Of a DNA stretch of 64,000 nucleotides, positions 27,001-40,180 are shown piece by piece; positions within the stretch are counted from its first letter, which is position 1; each line of letters starts with the position of its first letter. The DNA comes from Lingula anatina (lineage: Eukaryota > Animalia > Brachiopoda), in assembly GCA_051362555.1 (NCBI GenBank), contig JBPQGU010000016.1, forward strand, positions 1-64,000, read 5' to 3'. The notes beneath the pieces were generated by a model. The model worked only from the letters and a program-made list of their open reading frames with translations, ran no database searches and had not been told where the DNA came from. Both the position numbers and the translations under genes were made by a program.

Positions 27001-30000
27001 GAAATTGGGGGCTTTAATGAAGTGACCCGGGCGCGTTTCCACATTTTTTATGAATGTCAGGTGTGGTAAATTAATTTTCATCACTTTTTGGAAAAATTGG
27101 TGACGGGTCATTTTTGGGTGATTTTGAGAGATTTTCGTAAGGTCCGGATATGGCAGTTTTCTTCAATTTTGGCCAGGTAGGGATGAAAAATTTTTTTCTT
27201 CAATATTGTGTCAGGTAGGTGTGTTTGGTCATTTGTAGTGAGGGTAAAGTGCTGGAAGAGTGATTGTGTCATTATTTAGGAAGAAATAGAGCAAAAACTC
27301 TCTCCACCCCCCCTCTCTCCAAATCCTGTTCTCAGGTGTGCTTTCTGGCAATCTTTAAAGCTGAAATTGGGGGCTTTAATGAAGTGACCCGGGCGCGTTT
27401 CCACATTTTTTATGAATGTCAGGTGTGGTAAATTAATTTTCATCACTTTTTGGAAAAATTGGTGACGGGTAATTTTTGGGTGATTTTGAGAGATTTTCGT
27501 AAGGTCCGGATATGGCAGTTTTCTTCAATTTTGGCCAGGTAGGGATGAAAAATTTTTTTCTTCAATATTGTGTCAGGTAGGTGTGTTTGGTCATTTGTAG
27601 TGAGGGTAAAGTGCTGGAAGAGTGATTGTGTCATTATTTAGGAAGAAATAGAGCAAAAACTCTCTCCACCCCCCCTCTCTCCAAATCCTGTTCTCAGGTG
27701 TGCTTTCTGGCAATCTTTAAAGCTGAAATTGGGGGCTTTAATGAAGTGACCCGGGCGCGTTTCCACATTTTTTATGAATGTCAGGTGTGGTAAATTAATT
27801 TTCATCACTTTTTGGAAAAATTGGTGACGGGTCATTTTTGGGTGATTTTGAGAGATTTTCGTAAGTTTGGGATATGGCAGTTTTCTTCAATTTTGGCCAG
27901 GTAGGGATGAAAAATTTTTTTCTTCAATATTGTGTCAGGTGTGTGTGTTTGGTCATTTGTAGTGAGGGTAAAGTGCTGGAAGAGTGATTGTGTCATTATT
28001 TAGGAAGAAATAGAGCAAAAACTCTCTCCACCCCCCCTCTCTCCAAATCCTGTTCTCAGGTGTGCTTTCTGGCAATCTTTAAAGCTGAAATTGGGGGCTT
28101 TAATGAAGTGACCCGGGCGCGTTTCCACATTTTTTATGAATGTCAGGTGTGGTAAATTAATTTTCATCACTTTTTGGAAAAATTGGTGACGGGTCATTTT
28201 TGGGTGATTTTGAGAGATTTTCGTAAGGTCCGGATATGGCAGTTTTCTTCAATTTTGGCCAGGTAGGGATGAAAAATTTTTTTCTTCAATATTGTGTCAG
28301 GTAGGTGTGTTTGGTCATTTGTAGTGAGGGTAAAGTGCTGGAAGAGTGATTGTGTCATTATTTAGGAAGAAATAGAGCAAAAACTCTCTCCACCCCCCCT
28401 CTCTCCAAATCCTGTTCTCAGGTGTGCTTTCTGGCAATCTTTAAAGCTGAAATTGGGGGCTTTAATGAAGTGACCCGGGCGCGTTTCCACATTTTTTATG
28501 AATGTCAGGTGTGGTAAATTAATTTTCATCACTTTTTGGAAAAATTGGTGACGGGTCATTTTTGGGTGATTTTGAGAGATTTTCGTAAGGTCCGGATATG
28601 GCAGTTTTCTTCAATTTTGGCCAGGTAGGGATGAAAAATTTTTTTCTTCAATATTGTGTCAGGTAGGTGTGTTTGGTCATTTGTAGTGAGGGTAAAGTGC
28701 TGGAAGAGTGATTGTGTCATTATTTAGGAAGAAATAGAGCAAAAACTCTCTCCACCCCCCCTCTCTCCAAATCCTGTTCTCAGGTGTGCTTTCTGGCAAT
28801 CTTTAAAGCTGAAATTGGGGGCTTTAATGAAGTGACCCGGGCACGTTTCCACATTTTTTATGAATGTCAGGTGTGGTAAATTAATTTTCATCACTTTTTG
28901 GAAAAATTGGTGACGGGTCATTTTTGGGTGATTTTGAGAGATTTTCGTAAGGTCCGGATATGGCAGTTTTCTTCAATTTTGGCCAGGTAGGGATGAAAAA
29001 TTTTTTTCTTCAATATTGTGTCAGGTAGGTGTGTTTGGTCATTTGTAGTGAGGGTAAAGTGCTGGAAGAGTGATTGTGTCATTATTTAGGAAGAAATAGA
29101 GCAAAAACTCTCTCCACCCCCCCTCTCTCCAAATCCTGTTCTCAGGTGTGCTTTCTGGCAATCTTTAAAGCTGAAATTGGGGGCTTTAATGAAGTGACCC
29201 GGGCGCGTTTCCACATTTTTTATGAATGTCAGGTGTGGTAAATTAATTTTCATCACTTTTTGGAAAAATTGGTGACGGGTCATTTTTGGGTGATTTTGAG
29301 AGATTTTCGTAAGGTCCGGATATGGCAGTTTTCTTCAATTTTGGCCAGGTAGGGATGAAAAATTTTTTTTCTTCAATATTGTGTCAGGTAGGTGTGTTTG
29401 GTCATTTGTAGTGAGGGTAAAGTGCTGGAAGAGTGATTGTGTCATTATTTAGGAAGAAATAGAGCAAAAACTCTCTCCACCCCCCCTCTCTCCAAATCCT
29501 GTTCTTAGGTGTGCTTTCTGGCAATCTTTAAAGCTGAAATTGGGGGCTTTAATGAAGTGACCCGGGCGCGTTTCCACATTTTTTATGAATGTCAGGTGTG
29601 GTAAATTAATTTTCATCACTTTTTGGAAAAATTGGTGACGGGTCATTTTTGGGTGATTTTGAGAGATTTTCGTAAGGTCCGGATATGGCAGTTTTCTTCA
29701 ATTTTGGCCAGGTAGGGATGAAAAATTTTTTTCTTCAATATTGTGTCAGGTAGGTGTGTTTGGTCATTTGTAGTGAGGGTAAAGTGCTGGAAGAGTGATT
29801 GTGTCATTATTTAGGAAGAAATAGAGCAAAAACTCTCTCCACCCCCCTCTCTCCAAATCCTGTTCTCAGGTGTGCTTTCTGGCAATCTTTAAAGCTGAAA
29901 TTGGGGGCTTTAATGAAGTGACCCGGGCGCGTTTCCACATTTTTTATGAATGTCAGGTGTGGTAAATTAATTTTCATCACTTTTTGGAAAAATTGGTGAC

Positions 30001-33000
30001 GGGTCATTTTTGGGTGATTTTGAGAGATTTTCGTAAGGTCCGGATATGGCAGTTTTCTTCAATTTTGGCCAGGTAGGGATGAAAAATTTTTTTCTTCAAT
30101 ATTGTGTCAGGTAGGTGTGTTTGGTCATTTGTAGTGAGGGTAAAGTACTGGAAGAGTGATTGTGTCATTATTTAGGAAGAAATAGAGCAAAAACTCTCTC
30201 CACCCCCCCTCTCTCCAAATCCTGTTCTCAGGTGTGCTTTCTGGCAATCTTTAAAGCTGACATTGGGGGCTTTAATGAAGTGACCCGGGCGCGTTTCCAC
30301 ATTTTTTATGAATGTCAGGTGTGGTAAATTAATTTTCATCACTTTTTGGAAAAATTGGTGACGGGTCATTTTTGGGTGATTTTGAGAGATTTTTGTAAGG
30401 TCCGGATATGGCAGTTTTCTTCAATTTTGGCCAGGTAGGGATGAAAAATTTTGTTCTTCAATATTGTGTCAGGTAGGTGTGTTTGGTCATTTGTAGTGAG
30501 GGTAAAGTGCTGGAAGAGTGATTGTGTCATTATTTAGGAAGAAATAGAGCAAAAACTCTCTCCACCCCCCCTCTCTCCAAATCCTGTTCTCAGGTGTGCT
30601 TTCTGGCAATCTTTAAAGCTGAAATTGGGGGCTTTAATGAAGTGACCCGGGCGCGTTTCCACATTTTTTATGAATGTCAGGTGTGGTAAATTAATTTTCA
30701 TCACTTTTTGGAAAAATTGGTGACGGGTCATTTTTGGGTGATTTTGAGAGATTTTCGTAAGGTCCGGATATGGCAGTTTTCTTCAATTTTGGCCAGGTAG
30801 GGATGAAAAATTTTTTTCTTCAATATTGTGTCAGGTAGGTGTGTTTGGTCATTTGTAGTGAGGGTAAAGTGCTGGAAGAGTGATTGTGTCATTATTTAGG
30901 AAGAAATAGAGCAAAAACTCTCTCCACCCCCCCTCTCTCCAAATCCTGTTCTCAGGTGTGCTTTCTGGCAATCTTTAAAGCTGAAATTGGGGGCTTTAAT
31001 GAAGTGACCCGGGCGCGTTTCCACATTTTTTATGAATGTCAGGTGTGGTAAATTAATTTTCATCACTTTTTGGAAAAATTGGTGACGGGTCATTTTTGGG
31101 TGATTTTGAGAGATTTTCGTAAGGTCGGGATATGGCAGTTTTCTTCAATTTTGGCCAGGTAGGGATGAAAAAATTTTTCTTCAATATTGTGTCAGGTAGG
31201 TGTGTTTGGTCATTTGTAGTGAGGGTAAAGTGCTGGAAGAGTGATTGTGTCATTATTTAGGAAGAAATAGAGCAAAAACTCTCTCCACCCCCCCTCTCTC
31301 CAAATCCTGTTCTCAGGTGTGCTTTCTGGCAATCTTTAAAGCTGAAATTGGGGGCTTTAATGAAGTGACCCGGGCGCGTTTCCACATTTTTTATGAATGT
31401 CAGGTGTGGTAAATTAATTTTCATCACTTTTTGGAAAAATTGGTGACGGGTCATTTTTGGGTGATTTTGAGAGATTTTCGTAAGGTCCGGATATGGCAGT
31501 TTTCTTCAATTTTGGCCAGGTAGGGATGAAAAATTTTTTTCTTCAATATTGTGTCAGGTAGGTGTGTTTGGTCATTTGTAGTGAGGGTAAAGTGCTGGAA
31601 GAGTGATTGTGTCATTATTTAGGAAGAAATAGAGCAAAAACTCTCTCCACCCCCCCTCTCTCCAAATCCTGTTCTCAGGTGTGCTTTCTGGCAATCTTTA
31701 AAGCTGAAATTGGGGGCTTTAATGAAGTGACCCGGGCGCGTTTCCACATTTTTTATGAATGTCAGGTGTGGTAAATTAATTTTCATCACTTTTTGGAAAA
31801 ATTGGTGACGGGTCATTTTTGGGTGATTTTGAGAGATTTTCGTAAGGTCCGGATATGGCAGTTTTCTTCAATTTTGGCCAGGTAGGGATGAAAAATTTTT
31901 TTCTTCAATATTGTGTCAGGTAGGTGTGTTTGGTCATTTGTAGTGAGGGTAAAGTGCTGGAAGAGTGATTGTGTCATTATTTAGGAAGAAATAGAGCAAA
32001 AACTCTCTCCACCCCCCCTCTCTCCAAATCCTGTTCTCAGGTGTGCTTTCTGGCAATCTTTAAAGCTGAAATTGGGGGCTTTAATGAAGTGACCCGGGCG
32101 CGTTTCCACATTTTTTATGAATGTCAGGTGTGGTAAATTAATTTTCATCACTTTTTGGAAAAATTGGTGACGGGTCATTTTTGGGTGATTTTGAGAGATT
32201 TTCGTAAGGTCCGGATATGGCAGTTTTCTTCAATTTTGGCCAGGTAGGGATGAAAAATTTTTTTCTTCAATATTGTGTCAGGTAGGTGTGTTTGGTCATT
32301 TGTAGTGAGGGTAAAGTGCTGGAAGAGTGATTGTGTCATTATTTAGGAAGAAATAGAGCAAAAACTCTCTCCACCCCCCCTCTCTCCAAATCCTGTTCTC
32401 AGGTGTGCTTTCTGGCAATCTTTAAAGCTGAAATTGGGGGCTTTAATGAAGTGACCCGGGCGCGTTTCCACATTTTTTATGAATGTCAGGTGTGGTAAAT
32501 TAATTTTCATCACTTTTTGGAAAAATTGGTGACGGGTAATTTTTGGGTGATTTTGAGAGATTTTCGTAAGGTCCGGATATGGCAGTTTTCTTCAATTTTG
32601 GCCAGGTAGGGATGAAAAATTTTTTTCTTCAATATTGTGTCAGGTAGGTGTGTTTGGTCATTTGTAGTGAGGGTAAAGTGCTGGAAGAGTGATTGTGTCA
32701 TTATTTAGGAAGAAATAGAGCAAAAACTCTCTCCACCCCCCCTCTCTCCAAATCCTGTTCTCAGGTGTGCTTTCTGGCAATCTTTAAAGCTGAAATTGGG
32801 GGCTTTAATGAAGTGACCCGGGCGCGTTTCCACATTTTTTATGAATGTCAGGTGTGGTAAATTAATTTTCATCACTTTTTGGAAAAATTGGTGACGGGTC
32901 ATTTTTGGGTGATTTTGAGAGATTTTCGTAAGTTTGGGATATGGCAGTTTTCTTCAATTTTGGCCAGGTAGGGATGAAAAATTTTTTTCTTCAATATTGT

Positions 33001-36000
33001 GTCAGGTGTGTGTGTTTGGTCATTTGTAGTGAGGGTAAAGTGCTGGAAGAGTGATTGTGTCATTATTTAGGAAGAAATAGAGCAAAAACTCTCTCCACCC
33101 CCCCTCTCTCCAAATCCTGTTCTCAGGTGTGCTTTCTGGCAATCTTTAAAGCTGAAATTGGGGGCTTTAATGAAGTGACCCGGGCGCGTTTCCACATTTT
33201 TTATGAATGTCAGGTGTGGTAAATTAATTTTCATCACTTTTTGGAAAAATTGGTGACGGGTCATTTTTGGGTGATTTTGAGAGATTTTCGTAAGGTCCGG
33301 ATATGGCAGTTTTCTTCAATTTTGGCCAGGTAGGGATGAAAAATTTTTTTCTTCAATATTGTGTCAGGTGTGTGTGTTTGGTCATTTGTAGTGAGGGTAA
33401 AGTGCTGGAAGAGTGATTGTGTCATTATTTAGGAAGAAATAGAGCAAAAACTCTCTCCACCCCCCCTCTCTCCAAATCCTGTTCTCAGGTGTGCTTTCTG
33501 GCAATCTTTAAAGCTGAAATTGGGGGCTTTAATGAAGTGACCCGGGCGCGTTTCCACATTTTTTATGAATGTCAGGTGTGGTAAATTAATTTTCATCACT
33601 TTTTGGAAAAATTGGTGACGGGTCATTTTTGGGTGATTTTGAGAGATTTTCGTAAGGTCCGGATATGGCAGTTTTCTTCAATTTTGGCCAGGTAGGGATG
33701 AAAAATTTTTTTCTTCAATATTGTGTCAGGTAGGTGTGTTTGGTCATTTGTAGTGAGGGTAAAGTGCTGGAAGAGTGATTGTGTCATTATTTAGGAAGAA
33801 ATAGAGCAAAAACTCTCTCCACCCCCCCTCTCTCCAAATCCTGTTCTCAGGTGTGCTTTCTGGCAATCTTTAAAGCTGAAATTTGGGGCTTTAATGAAGT
33901 GACCCGGGCGCGTTTCCACATTTTTTATGAATGTCAGGTGTGGTAAATTAATTTTCATCACTTTTTGGAAAAATTGGTGACGGGTCATTTTTGGGTGATT
34001 TTGAGAGATTTTCGTAAGGTCCGGATATGGCAGTTTTCTTCAATTTTGGCCAGGTAGGGATGAAAAATTTTTTTCTTCAATATTGTGTCAGGTAGGTGTG
34101 TTTGGTCATTTGTAGTGAGGGTAAAGTGCTGGAAGAGTGATTGTGTCATTATTTAGGAAGAAATAGAGCAAAAACTCTCTCCACCCCCCCTCTCTCCAAA
34201 TCCTGTTCTCAGGTGTGCTTTCTGGCAATCTTTAAAGCTGAAATTGGGGGCTTTAATGAAGTGACCCGGGCGCGTTTCCACATTTTTTATGAATGTCAGG
34301 TGTGGTAAATTAATTTTCATCACTTTTTGGAAAAATTGGTGACGGGTCATTTTTGGGTGATTTTGAGAGATTTTCGTAAGGTCCGGATATGGCAGTTTTC
34401 TTCAATTTTGGCCAGGTAGGGATGAAAAATTTTTTTCTTCAATATTGTGTCAGGTAGGTGTGTTTGGTCATTTGTAGTGTGGGTAAAGTGCTGGAAGAGT
34501 GATTTTGTCATTATTTAGGAAGAAATAGAGCAAAAACTCTCTCCACCCCCTCCCCCCTCTCTCCAAATCCTGTTCTCAGGTGTGCTTTCTGGCAATCTTT
34601 AAAGCTGAAATTGGGGGCTTTAATGAAGTGACCCGGGCGCGTTTCCACATTTTTTATGAATGTCAGGTGTGGTAAATTAATTTTCATCACTTTTTGGAAA
34701 AATTGGTGACGGGTCATTTTTGGGTGATTTTGAGAGATTTTCGTAAGGTCCGGATATGGCAGTTTTCTTCAGTTTTGGCCAGGTAGGGATGAAAAATTTT
34801 TTTCTTCAATATTGTGTCAGGTAGGTGTGTTTGGTCATTTGTAGTGAGGGTAAAGTGCTGGAAGAGTGATTGTGTCATTATTTAGGAAGAAATAGAGCAA
34901 AAACTCTCTCCACCCCCCCTCTCTCCAAATCCTGTTCTCAGGTGTGCTTTCTGGCAATCTTTAAAGCTGAAATTGGGGGCTTTAATGAAGTGACCCGGGC
35001 GCGTTTCCACATTTTTTATGAATGTCAGGTGTGGTAAATTAATTTTCATCACTTTTTGGAAAAATTGGTGACGGGTCATTTTTGGGTGATTTTGAGAGAT
35101 TTTCGTAAGGTCCGGATATGGCAGTTTTCTTCAATTTTGGCCAGGTAGGGATGAAAAATTTTTTTTCTTCAATATTGTGTCAGGTAGGTGTGTTTGGTCA
35201 TTTGTAGTGAGGGTAAAGTGCTGGAAGAGTGATTGTGTCATTATTTAGGAAGAAATAGAGCAAAAACTCTCTCCACCCCCCCCTCTCTCCAAATCCTGTT
35301 CTCAGGTGTGCTTTCTGGCAATCTTTAAAGCTGAAATTGGGGGCTTTAATGAAGTGACCCGGGCGCGTTTCCACATTTTTTATGAATGTCAGGTGTGGTA
35401 AATTAATTTTCATCACTTTTTGGAAAAATTGGTGACGAGTCATTTTTGGGTGATTTTGAGAGATTTTCGTAAGGTCCGGATATGGCAGTTTTCTTCAATT
35501 TTGGCCAGGTAGGGATGAAAAATTTTTTTCTTCAATATTGTGTCAGGTAGGTGTGTTTGGTCATTTGTAGTGAGGGTAAAGTGCTGGAAGAGTGATTGTG
35601 TCATTATTTAGGAAGAAATAGAGCAAAAACTCTCTCCACCCCCCCTCTCTCCAAATCCTGTTCTCAGGTGTGCTTTCTGGCAATCTTTAAAGCTGAAATT
35701 GGGGGCTTTAATGAAGTGACCCGGGCGCGTTTCCACATTTTTTATGAATGTCAGGTGTGGTAAATTAATTTTCATCACTTTTTGGAAAAATTGGTGACGG
35801 GTCATTTTTGGGTGATTTTGAGAGATTTTCGTAAGGTCGGGATATGGCAGTTTTCTTCAATTTTGGCCAGGTAGGGATGAAAAAATTTTTCTTCAATATT
35901 GTGTCAGGTAGGTGTGTTTGGTCATTTGTAGTGAGGGTAAAGTGCTGGAAGAGTGATTGTGTCATTATTTAGGAAGAAATAGAGCAAAAACTCTCTCCAC

Positions 36001-37299
36001 CCCCCCTCTCTCCAAATCCTGTTCTCAGGTGTGCTTTCTGGCAATCTTTAAAGCTGAAATTGGGGGCTTTAATGAAGTGACCCGGGCGCGTTTCCACATT
36101 TTTTATGAATGTCAGGTGTGGTAAATTAATTTTCATCACTTTTTGGAAAAATTGGTGACGGGTCATTTTTGGGTGATTTTGAGAGATTTTCGTAAGGTCC
36201 GGATATGGCAGTTTTCTTCAATTTTGGCCAGGTAGGGATGAAAAAATTTTTTTCTTCAATATTGTGTCAGGTAGGTGTGTTTGGTCATTTGTAGTGAGGG
36301 TAAAGTGCTGGAAGAGTGATTGTGTCATTATTTAGGAAGAAATAGAGCAAAAACTCTCTCCACCCCCCCTCTCTCCAAATCCTGTTCTCAGGTGTGCTTT
36401 CTGGCAATCTTTAAAGCTGAAATTGGGGGCTTTAATGAAGTGACCCGGGCGCGTTTCCACATTTTTTATGAATGTCAGGTGTGGTAAATTAATTTTCATC
36501 ACTTTTTGGAAAAATTGGTGACGCGTCATTTTTGGGTGATTTTGAGAGATTTTCGTAAGGTCCGGATATGGCAGTTTTCTTCAATTTTGGCCAGGTAGGG
36601 ATGAAAAATTTTTTTCTTCAATATTGTGTCAGGTAGGTGTGTTTGGTCATTTGTAGTGAGGGTAAAGTGCTGGAAGAGTGATTGTGTCATTATTTAGGAA
36701 GAAATAGAGCAAAAACTCTCTCCACCCCCCCTCTCTCCAAATCCTGTTCTCAGGTGTGCTTTCTGGCAATCTTTAAAGCTGAAATTGGGGGCTTTAATGA
36801 AGTGACCCGGGCGCGTTTCCACATTTTTTATGAATGTCAGGTGTGGTAAATTAATTTTCATCACTTTTTGGAAAAATTGGTGACGGGTCATTTTTGGGTG
36901 ATTTTGAGAGATTTTCGTAAGGTCCGGATATGGCAGTTTTCTTCAATTTTGGCCAGGTAGGGATGAAAAATTTTTTTCTTCAATATTGTGTCAGGTGTGT
37001 GTGTTTGGTCATTTGTAGTGAGGGTAAAGTGCTGGAAGAGTGATTGTGTCATTATTTAGGAAGAAATAGAGCAAAAACTCTCTCCACCCCCCCTCTCTCC
37101 AAATCCTGTTCTCAGGTGTGCTTTCTGGCAATCTTTAAAGCTGAAATTGGGGGCTTTAATGAAGTGACCCGGGCACGTTTCCACATTTTTTATGAATGTC
37201 AGGTGTGGTAAATTAATTTTCATCACTTTTTGGAAAAATTGGTGACGGGTCATTTTTGGGTGATTTTGAGAGATTTTCGTAAGGTCCGGATATGGCAGT

Positions 37300-40180
37300 A
37301 TTCTTCAATTTTGGCCAGGTAGGGATGAAAAATTTTTTTCTTCAATATTGTGTCAGGTAGGTGTGTTTGGTCATTTGTAGTGAGGGTAAAGTGCTGGAAG
37401 AGTGATTGTGTCATTATTTAGGAAGAAATAGAGCAAAAACTCTCTCCACACCCCTCTCTCCAAATCCTGTTCTCAGGTGTGCTTTCTGGCAATCTTTAAA
37501 GCTGAAATTGGGGGCTTTAATGAAGTGACCCGGGCGCGTTTCCACATTTTTTATGAATGTCAGGTGTGGTAAATTAATTTTCATCACTTTTTGGAAAAAT
37601 TGGTGACGGGTCATTTTTGGGTGATTTTGAGAGATTTTCGTAAGGTCCGGATATGGCAGTTTTCTTCAATTTTGGCCAGGTAGGGATGAAAAATTTTTTT
37701 CTTCAATATTGTGTCAGGTAGGTGTGTTTGGTCATTTGTAGTGAGGGTAAAGTGCTGGAAGAGTGATTGTGTCATTATTTAGGAAGAAATAGAGCAAAAA
37801 CTCTCTCCACCCCCCCTCTCTCCAAATCCTGTTCTCAGGTGTGCTTTCTGGCAATCTTTAAAGCTGAAATTGGGGGCTTTAATGAAGTGACCCGGGCGCG
37901 TTTCCACATTTTTTATGAATGTCAGGTGTGGTAAATTAATTTTCATCACTTTTTGGAAAAATTGGTGACGGGTCATTTTTGGGTGATTTTGAGAGATTTT
38001 CGTAAGGTCCGGATATGGCAGTTTTCTTCAATTTTGGCCAGGTAGGGATGAAAATTTTTTTTCTTCAATATTGTGTCAGGTAGGTGTGTTTGGTCATTTG
38101 TAGTGAGGGTAAAGTGCTGGAAGAGTGATTGTGTCATTATTTAGGAAGAAATAGAGCAAAAACTCTCTCCACCCCCCCTCTCTCCAAATCCTGTTCTCAG
38201 GTGTGCTTTCTGGCAATCTTTAAAGCTGAAATTGGGGGCTTTAATGAAGTGACCCGGGCGCGTTTCCACATTTTTTATGAATGTCAGGTGTGGTAAATTA
38301 ATTTTCATCACTTTTTGGAAAAATTGGTGACGGGTCATTTTTGGGTGATTTTCAGAGATTTTCGTAAGGTCCGGATATGGCAGTTTTCTTCAATTTTGGC
38401 CAGGTAGGGATGAAAAATTTTTTTCTTCAATATTGTGTCAGGTAGGTGTGTTTGGTCATTTGTAGTGAGGGTAAAGTGCTGGAAGAGTGATTGTGTCATT
38501 ATTTAGGAAGAAATAGAGCAAAAACTCTCTCCACCCCCCCTCTCTCCAAATCCTGTTCTCAGGTGTGCTTTCTGGCAATCTTTAAAGCTGAAATTGGGGG
38601 CTTTAATGAAGTGTCCCCGGCGCGTTTCCACATTTTTTATGAATGTCAGGTGTGGTAAATTAATTTTCATCACTTTTTGGAAAAATTGGTGTAGGGTCAT
38701 TTTTGGGTGATTTTGAGAGATTTTCGTAAGGTCCGGATATGGCAGTATTCTTCAATTTTGGCCAGGTAGGGATGAAAAATTTTTTTCTTCAATATTGTGT
38801 CAGGTAGGTGTGTTTGGTCATTTGTAGTGAGGGTAAAGTGCTGGAAGAGTGATTGTGTCATTATTTAGGAAGAAATAGAGCAAAAACTCTCTCCACACCC
38901 CTCTCTCCAAATCCTGTTCTCAGGTGTGCTTTCTGGCAATCTTTAAAGCTGAAATTGGGGGCTTTAATGAAGTGACCCGGGCGCGTTTCCACATTTTTTA
39001 TGAATGTCAGGTGTGGTAAATTAATTTTCATCACTTTTTGGAAAAATTGGTGACGGGTCATTTTTGGGTGATTTTGAGAGATTTTCGTAAGGTCCGGATA
39101 TGGCAGTTTTCTTCAATTTTGGCCAGGTAGGGATGAAAAATTTTTTTCTTCAATATTGTGTCAGGTAGGTGTGTTTGGTCATTTGTAGTGAGGGTAAAGT
39201 GCTGGAAGAGTGATTGTGTCATTATTTAGGAAGAAATAGAGCAAAAACTCTCTCCACCCCCCCTCTCTCCAAATCCTGTTCTCAGGTGTGCTTTCTGGCA
39301 ATCTTTAAAGCTGAAATTGGGGGCTTTAATGAAGTGACCCGGGCGCGTTTCCACATTTTTTATGAATGTCAGGTGTGGTAAATTAATTTTCATCACTTTT
39401 TGGAAAAATTGGTGACGGGTCATTTTTGGGTGATTTTGAGAGATTTTCGTAAGGTCCGGATATGGCAGTTTTCTTCAATTTTGGCCAGGTAGGGATGAAA
39501 TTTTTTTTCTTCAATATTGTGTCAGGTAGGTGTGTTTGGTCATTTGTAGTGAGGGTAAAGTGCTGGAAGAGTGATTGTGTCATTATTTAGGAAGAAATAG
39601 AGCAAAAACTCTCTCCACCCCCCCTCTCTCCAAATCCTGTTCTCAGGTGTGCTTTCTGGCAATCTTTAAAGCTGAAATTGGGGGCTTTAATGAAGTGACC
39701 CGGGCGCGTTTCCACATTTTTTATGAATGTCAGGTGTGGTAAATTAATTTTCATCACTTTTTGGAAAAATTGGTGACGGGTCATTTTTGGGTGATTTTCA
39801 GAGATTTTCGTAAGGTCCGGATATGGCAGTTTTCTTCAATTTTGGCCAGGTAGGGATGAAAAATTTTTTTCTTCAATATTGTGTCAGGTAGGTGTGTTTG
39901 GTCATTTGTAGTGAGGGTAAAGTGCTGGAAGAGTGATTGTGTCATTATTTAGGAAGAAATAGAGCAAAAACTCTCTCCACCCCCCCTCTCTCCAAATCCT
40001 GTTCTCAGGTGTGCTTTCTGGCAATCTTTAAAGCTGAAATTGGGGGCTTTAATGAAGTGTCCCCGGCGCGTTTCCACATTTTTTATGAATGTCAGGTGTG
40101 GTAAATTAATTTTCATCACTTTTTGGAAAAATTGGTGTAGGGTCATTTTTGGGTGATTTTGAGAGATTTTCGTAAGGTCC
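37300..40180 (+). repeat. Tandem duplication of a 4-monomer block (about 1446-1447 bp)
   Basis: Variants repeat in the same order: gtattc 37300/38747, ccacacccc 37450/38897, ttttcagag 38353/39799, gtgtccccgg 38614/40060. Confidence 0.85.
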
